Origin: Phycisphaerae bacterium
GTDB lineage: Bacteria; Planctomycetota; Phycisphaerae; UBA1845; Fen-1342
Length of the DNA: 64,000 nucleotides
Reading direction: 5' to 3'
Assembly: GCA_963666925.2 (NCBI GenBank)
Contig: CAXXTC010000003.1
Span: forward strand, 37,439-101,438
The notes beneath the pieces were generated by a model. That model made no database searches. It had not been told where the DNA came from and saw only the letters and a program-made list of their open reading frames with translations. Positions 59,843 to 64,000 of the stretch are shown one piece after another; positions within the stretch are counted from its first letter, which is position 1; the number at the start of each line of letters is the position of its first letter. A program made the translations under genes and the position numbers.

Positions 59843-60931
59843 ATGAGCCCGAAACGCATCTACAACTTCAACGCAGGACCCGCTGCACTCCCCTTACCTG
59901 TTCTGGAAGAGATCCAGCAGGAATTCCTCGACTTCAAGGGCTCGGGCATGTCTGTCACCGAAGTGAGTCACCGCTCCAAGTGGTTCGACGATGTGGTCAA
60001 CGACGCGGTGGCACGGGTAAAACGTCTGTTGCAACTCGACGACCGGTATAAAGTGCTCTTCCTGCAGGGCGGCGCCAGCATGCAGTTCTGCATGATCCCG
60101 ATGAACTTTTTAGCCGATGGCGACAGCGCCGATTACGTCAACACCGGCACCTGGTCCACCAAAGCGATCAAAGAGGCTCAGATCCTGGGCAAAACGGTTC
60201 AAGTGGTCGCCTCTTCCGAGGATCGCAATTTCGCCTACATCCCTAAAAACATAAAATTTACGCCCGGTGCAACCTACGTCCACATCACCACCAACAACAC
60301 AATCAAGGGCACCCAGTGGGCCCAACTGCCCGATACCGGCAAGGTGCCCCTGATTGCCGATATGTCCTCGGACATCTTCTCCAGGCCCTTCGACGCCGGG
60401 CGTTTCGGCCTCTTTTACGCTGGGGCGCAAAAAAACATGGGGCCGGCGGGCGTTTGCATGGTCGTGGTGCGCGATGACATGCTCGAACGCGTTCCCGACG
60501 ATCTTCCGACCATGCTCAAGTACACCACCCAGGCCGACAAGAACTCCATGTTCAATACGCCCCCCTGTTTTGCCATCTACACGGTTCAACTGGTCCTCAA
60601 ATGGCTGGAGGAGACGGTAGGCGGCCTGCAGAGCATGGCAAAAGTCAACCAGCAGAAAGCCGATCTGATCTACGGCTATATTGACGACAGCAACTTCTAT
60701 AAGGGTACGGCCGATACCGATAGCCGATCCCAGATGAACGTCACCTTCCGACTGCCGAACGAAGAACTGGAGAAGAAGTTCGTGGCCGAAGCACTGGCCC
60801 AAGACCTGGGCGGACTCAAGGGGCATCGTTCGGTGGGTGGATGCCGCGCCTCCATCTATAACCCCACGCCGCTCAAGGCAGTCGAAGCACTGGTCGATTT
60901 TATGAAGAAATTTGAAAAAGCGAACAGTTAG
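59843..60931 (+). CDS. serC: Phosphoserine aminotransferase
   Basis: NFNAGPAALP, SHRS, LFLQGGAS, ADMSSD, YAGAQKNMGPAG, GHRSVGGCRASIYN; GGAGG RBS. Confidence 0.97.
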   Translation: MSPKRIYNFNAGPAALPLPVLEEIQQEFLDFKGSGMSVTEVSHRSKWFDDVVNDAVARVKRLLQLDDRYKVLFLQGGASMQFCMIPMNFLADGDSADYVNTGTWSTKAIKEAQILGKTVQVVASSEDRNFAYIPKNIKFTPGATYVHITTNNTIKGTQWAQLPDTGKVPLIADMSSDIFSRPFDAGRFGLFYAGAQKNMGPAGVCMVVVRDDMLERVPDDLPTMLKYTTQADKNSMFNTPPCFAIYTVQLVLKWLEETVGGLQSMAKVNQQKADLIYGYIDDSNFYKGTADTDSRSQMNVTFRLPNEELEKKFVAEALAQDLGGLKGHRSVGGCRASIYNPTPLKAVEALVDFMKKFEKANS

Positions 60932-60961
60932 CCCAAGCCGCAAGATCCTTTAAAAACAGCG

Positions 60962-61005
60962 CCACTGAACAGGCGACGGTCCCTCCGCTTCCTGTTCAGT
61001 GGTTT
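60962..61005 (+). terminator. Terminator after serC
   Basis: CCACTGAACAGG / CCTGTTCAGTGG 12-bp stem followed by TTT. Confidence 0.65.
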
Positions 61006-61357
61006 GTCACACACACGATATTTCAACCCACCAAGGCGGCACGCGCCTGCATGAAAGCCCCTCACATTGAGGACCTCCACACCGGTTAGCCGCTGTCAGT
61101 TTTCAACCATCGATTCCTGCTTCATCATGTCGGTTTCCAGGCATAACTTATGATCTCATGGTTGTTTTGAGACAACTGCACGGCCAACCGTTGTCATTCC
61201 TGGTTATTCTTGACAATACTGATAAATACCCATACTTACACTATGTAGTTGACGTTTATCGATCACGATGCACCTCAGTCAACACAAAAAACTGTCTTTA
61301 CAGACGCCTTGTGTTTGTGTGCCTTAACCAATTATTCATTCCTATGGGAGGCTTGGC

Positions 61358-63100
61358 ATGGACAAAATTCTGCGAATCAACATGAGTGCTGCTTCAGGTC
61401 CGGAGATTAAAACCGAACCGTTGGGGCCCTATTCCGGTCTGGGCGGACGCGCAATGACGTCCACCGTAGTGGCCAAGGAGGTGCCGCCGACCTGTCATCC
61501 GCTGGGGACCGAAAACAAGCTGGTGATTGCGCCTGGCCTGCTGAGCGGTTCGGCGGCGGCCATGTCAGGAAGAATTTCCGTTGGCTGCAAAAGCCCCTTG
61601 ACCGGTGGCATCAAGGAGGCCAATTCGGGCGGTCAACCATCCCAGATGCTTGCCCGTCTTGGGTATGCGGCCCTTATCCTGGAGGGGGCGCCAAAAGATG
61701 ACACCCTTTATAAGGTCGTCATCAACAAGGACGGTGCGACCATCACCCCGGACAGTAGCCTGAAGATGCTTGGCAACTATGACCTGGTCGAAAAGATCAA
61801 GGGCGAGTACGGCGAAAAGGTTGGATGCATCTCCATCGGGCAGGCCGGCGAAATGAAGCTGGGCGCCGCTTCCATCGCCTTTACCGACATGGAGCAGCGT
61901 CCCACGCGACATGCCGGACGCGGTGGTGTTGGGGCAGTTATGGGATCGAAGGGCATCAAGGTGATTGTCATCGACGAGGCCGGAAGTAGTATGCGGCAAC
62001 CTCAGAATCCGGAGAAGTTCAAGGCCGCCAACAAGGAGTTCGTGGCCGGGCTGCGCAAGCACCCGGTGACCGGCCAGGGACTGCCGGCGTATGGCACCAA
62101 CGTCCTGACCAATGTGGTCAATGAAGCGGGGGCTTACCCCACGCACAATTTCAAAGAGGGGCAGTTCGCGGGCGCCGCCAACATCAGCGGCGAAACACAG
62201 GCTGAGTTGGAGAACAGCCGGGGGGGTGAAGGCTCGGCCACCCACGGTTGCCACCGCGGTTGTGTGATCCGCTGTTCGGGTACCTTCTTCGACAAAAACG
62301 GACGCTTCGTCTCCAAACAACCGGAGTATGAAACCGTTTGGGCCCATGGCGGCAACTGCGGCATCGACGACCTCGACATCATCGCCAAGCTCGACCGCAT
62401 GGATGATGACTATGGTTTGGACACCATCGAGATGGGGGCCACCATCGCCGTTGCCATGGAGGCCGGCCTGGCCAATTTCGGTGACGCCGAAGCGGCCATC
62501 CGGTTGCTTGAAGAGGTGGGCAAAGGCACCCCGCTGGGCCGCATCCTGGGCAGCGGTGCTGCGGTCACTGGAAAGGTATTTGGCGTAGAACGCGTCCCGG
62601 TCGTCAAGGGCCAATCGATGCCAGCCTACGATCCCAGGGCGGTCAAAGGCATGGGCGTAACCTATGCGACCACGACGATGGGCGCGGACCACACCGCCGG
62701 CTATGCCGTTACGGCCAACCTGCTCGGCGTCGGCGGCACCGTAGATCCGCTCAGCCCCAAAGGGCAGATCGAACTCTCTCGGAACCTGCAGGTTGCAACG
62801 GCCGCTATCGACGCCACCGGCATGTGCCTCTTCATCGCCTTTGCCATTCTGGATCAGCCGGAGACGTTCCAGTCTCTTATCGATCTGATCAATGGATTTA
62901 CCGGGCTTAGCCTGACCGCCGACGATGTGTCCGATCTGGGTAAAACCATCCTCAAACAGGAGAGGGCTTTCAATGCCGAGGCCGGATTTACCAAGGCCCA
63001 TGACCGGCTGCCGACCTATCTCCTGAAAGAGGCCCTGCCGCCGCACAATGTGACCTTCGATGTGAGTGACGCAGAGCTGGATGAAGTGTTTAACTTCTAA
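61358..63100 (+). CDS. aor: Aldehyde:ferredoxin oxidoreductase (tungsten AOR family)
   Basis: KSPLTGGIKEANSGG, AGRGGVGAVMGSKGIK, C.RGCVIRC, PEYET, DDYGLDTI, YDPR, GADHTAG. Confidence 0.93.
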   Translation: MDKILRINMSAASGPEIKTEPLGPYSGLGGRAMTSTVVAKEVPPTCHPLGTENKLVIAPGLLSGSAAAMSGRISVGCKSPLTGGIKEANSGGQPSQMLARLGYAALILEGAPKDDTLYKVVINKDGATITPDSSLKMLGNYDLVEKIKGEYGEKVGCISIGQAGEMKLGAASIAFTDMEQRPTRHAGRGGVGAVMGSKGIKVIVIDEAGSSMRQPQNPEKFKAANKEFVAGLRKHPVTGQGLPAYGTNVLTNVVNEAGAYPTHNFKEGQFAGAANISGETQAELENSRGGEGSATHGCHRGCVIRCSGTFFDKNGRFVSKQPEYETVWAHGGNCGIDDLDIIAKLDRMDDDYGLDTIEMGATIAVAMEAGLANFGDAEAAIRLLEEVGKGTPLGRILGSGAAVTGKVFGVERVPVVKGQSMPAYDPRAVKGMGVTYATTTMGADHTAGYAVTANLLGVGGTVDPLSPKGQIELSRNLQVATAAIDATGMCLFIAFAILDQPETFQSLIDLINGFTGLSLTADDVSDLGKTILKQERAFNAEAGFTKAHDRLPTYLLKEALPPHNVTFDVSDAELDEVFNF

Positions 63101-63125
63101 ATCTACCTAAACCGATTGAATAACA

Positions 63126-63152
63126 GCGGGGCGCCGCAGGTAGGCGCCCCGC
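63126..63152 (+). terminator. Hairpin after aor
   Basis: GCGGGGCGCC / GGCGCCCCGC 10-bp stem; no clear U-tract. Confidence 0.45.
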
Positions 63153-63166
63153 AACTGCCTTCTGCC

Positions 63167-63763
63167 ATGACTGCCAAGCCATCCCTTGTCATCACCGCGC
63201 CCGAATCTCAACAGTTATTTATTACCGCACTCTTCGGCACGGGCGTCGGCATCGAAACCCAGGTCGGGATTTCACTTTCCGCGCTGCTTTGCGACCAGCT
63301 GGGTGTTTCGCGAGACTACTTGGACCAACGAATTCAGACGATCTTCGTCAATGGGCGCACCGTGGATCACCCGGACCGGGCCCTGATCGAAAAAGATGCC
63401 ACGGTGGCCCTCTCCGCGGCCATGCCGGGTTTGGTGGGGGCCACTCTTCGCAAAGAGGGGTTGCTGGCCGTCTTTCGCAAAGACATTTCACAGACCGACG
63501 AAAAGCAAACGAACTGCAGCCGAAACGACACCATGATCACCCTGAAGCTCTTCAATCTCGTTGCCAAAGAGCTTGGGCCATCACTGCTTGAACGTGGGGT
63601 GTGGTTGAAGGGAAGCCAGTTGGCACGGCACATAGAGCGCATGGGAGAAAACGCCCCTGCCGCGTTAGGTTCGGTTGCCTGGAACGGTCGTCCGATCCCT
63701 GCCGATCAGTTGCGCGCCATCCAATGGCCTGCAAGTTGGGTAAACGTCGTGGTTCACGCCTGA
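63167..63763 (+). CDS. Hypothetical protein with MoaD/ThiS-like N-terminal half
   Basis: L..LL.DQLG....IFVNGR.VD....I...ATVAL pattern; directly after aor. Confidence 0.6.
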   Translation: MTAKPSLVITAPESQQLFITALFGTGVGIETQVGISLSALLCDQLGVSRDYLDQRIQTIFVNGRTVDHPDRALIEKDATVALSAAMPGLVGATLRKEGLLAVFRKDISQTDEKQTNCSRNDTMITLKLFNLVAKELGPSLLERGVWLKGSQLARHIERMGENAPAALGSVAWNGRPIPADQLRAIQWPASWVNVVVHA

Positions 63764-63779
63764 AAACAATTCCTGAACG

Positions 63780-63816
63780 AAAAAACCGAAGCCGCCTTGC
63801 GGCAGCCCCGGTTTTT
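63780..63816. terminator. Probable bidirectional terminator between convergent genes
   Basis: AAAAACCG...CGGTTTTT inverted repeat around a GC-rich core. Confidence 0.55.
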
Positions 63817-63867
63817 CCAAGGAAGGACATCAGATAAAAACGTTCCGCTCATGCGGAATAGGCAGAG

Positions 63868-63999
63868 TTAGTCACAAAGTTCAAACAGAGCCGCAGCTCC
63901 CATGCCACCGCCGATACACATCGATTCGACACCGTACTTGGCGCCGGTACGCTGCATATTTGCGATCAAAGTGGCGCACAGTTTGGCGCCGGTGCAACC
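63868..63999 (-). CDS. Thiolase (acetyl-CoA acyltransferase), 3' end only
   Basis: Hand translation [43 protein letters not shown] contains the thiolase C-terminal CxGGG motif. Confidence 0.9.
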   Translation of the reverse strand, partial: GCTGAKLCATLIANMQRTGAKYGVESMCIGGGMGAAALFELCD

Positions 64000-64000
64000 C

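Noticed and set aside
61210..61245. TTGACA promoter upstream of aor
   Set aside because: No good -10 hexamer at 16-18 nt spacing
57593..63046. Long ORFs antisense to HD-GYP/hisD, serC and aor
   Set aside because: Shadow frames of well-supported genes
54490..64000. Right-hand block as a horizontally acquired island
   Set aside because: Housekeeping content, no mobility genes or att sites, and genes cut on both sides of the join; an assembly artefact is more likely

Overview
The window looks like two unrelated genomic segments joined at about 54,490. The left part (1 to ~54,490) is high-GC and Planctomycetota-like, probably Phycisphaerae, judged from its DUF1559/H-X9-DG prepilin, GACC repeats, Cys-containing dockerin-like tails and PEP-CTERM protein. 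It carries top6A, rph, rdgB, coaD, sucAB, several GT-C-like and GT2 glycosyltransferases, a 1999-aa secreted M6-like metalloprotease and an orphan fdhE. It also has a mannosylfructose/sucrose-phosphate cluster (kinase, HAD-IIB phosphatase, two GT4 synthases and a HIT/DUF4922-like phosphorylase), secreted carbohydrate-binding and C25 protease genes, split pntAA/AB/B, nadD, a sigma-70 factor, two DUF1573 paralogues and tadC/tadB plus a truncated cpaF. Genes between ~36.2 and 51.6 kb carry many +1/+2 homopolymer or dinucleotide insertions that look like long-read errors. The right part (~54,490 to the end) is less GC-rich and Desulfobacterales-like: an atypical class III nucleotidyl cyclase, REC-HD-GYP, hisD, serC, aor, a MoaD-like protein and a thiolase 3' end. 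The best lead is a hidden selenoprotein. After frame repair, one DUF1573 paralogue has an in-frame UGA exactly where its tandem neighbour has the first Cys of SCGC, followed by a SECIS-like hairpin. Taxonomy and family calls come from motif recognition, not database searches.
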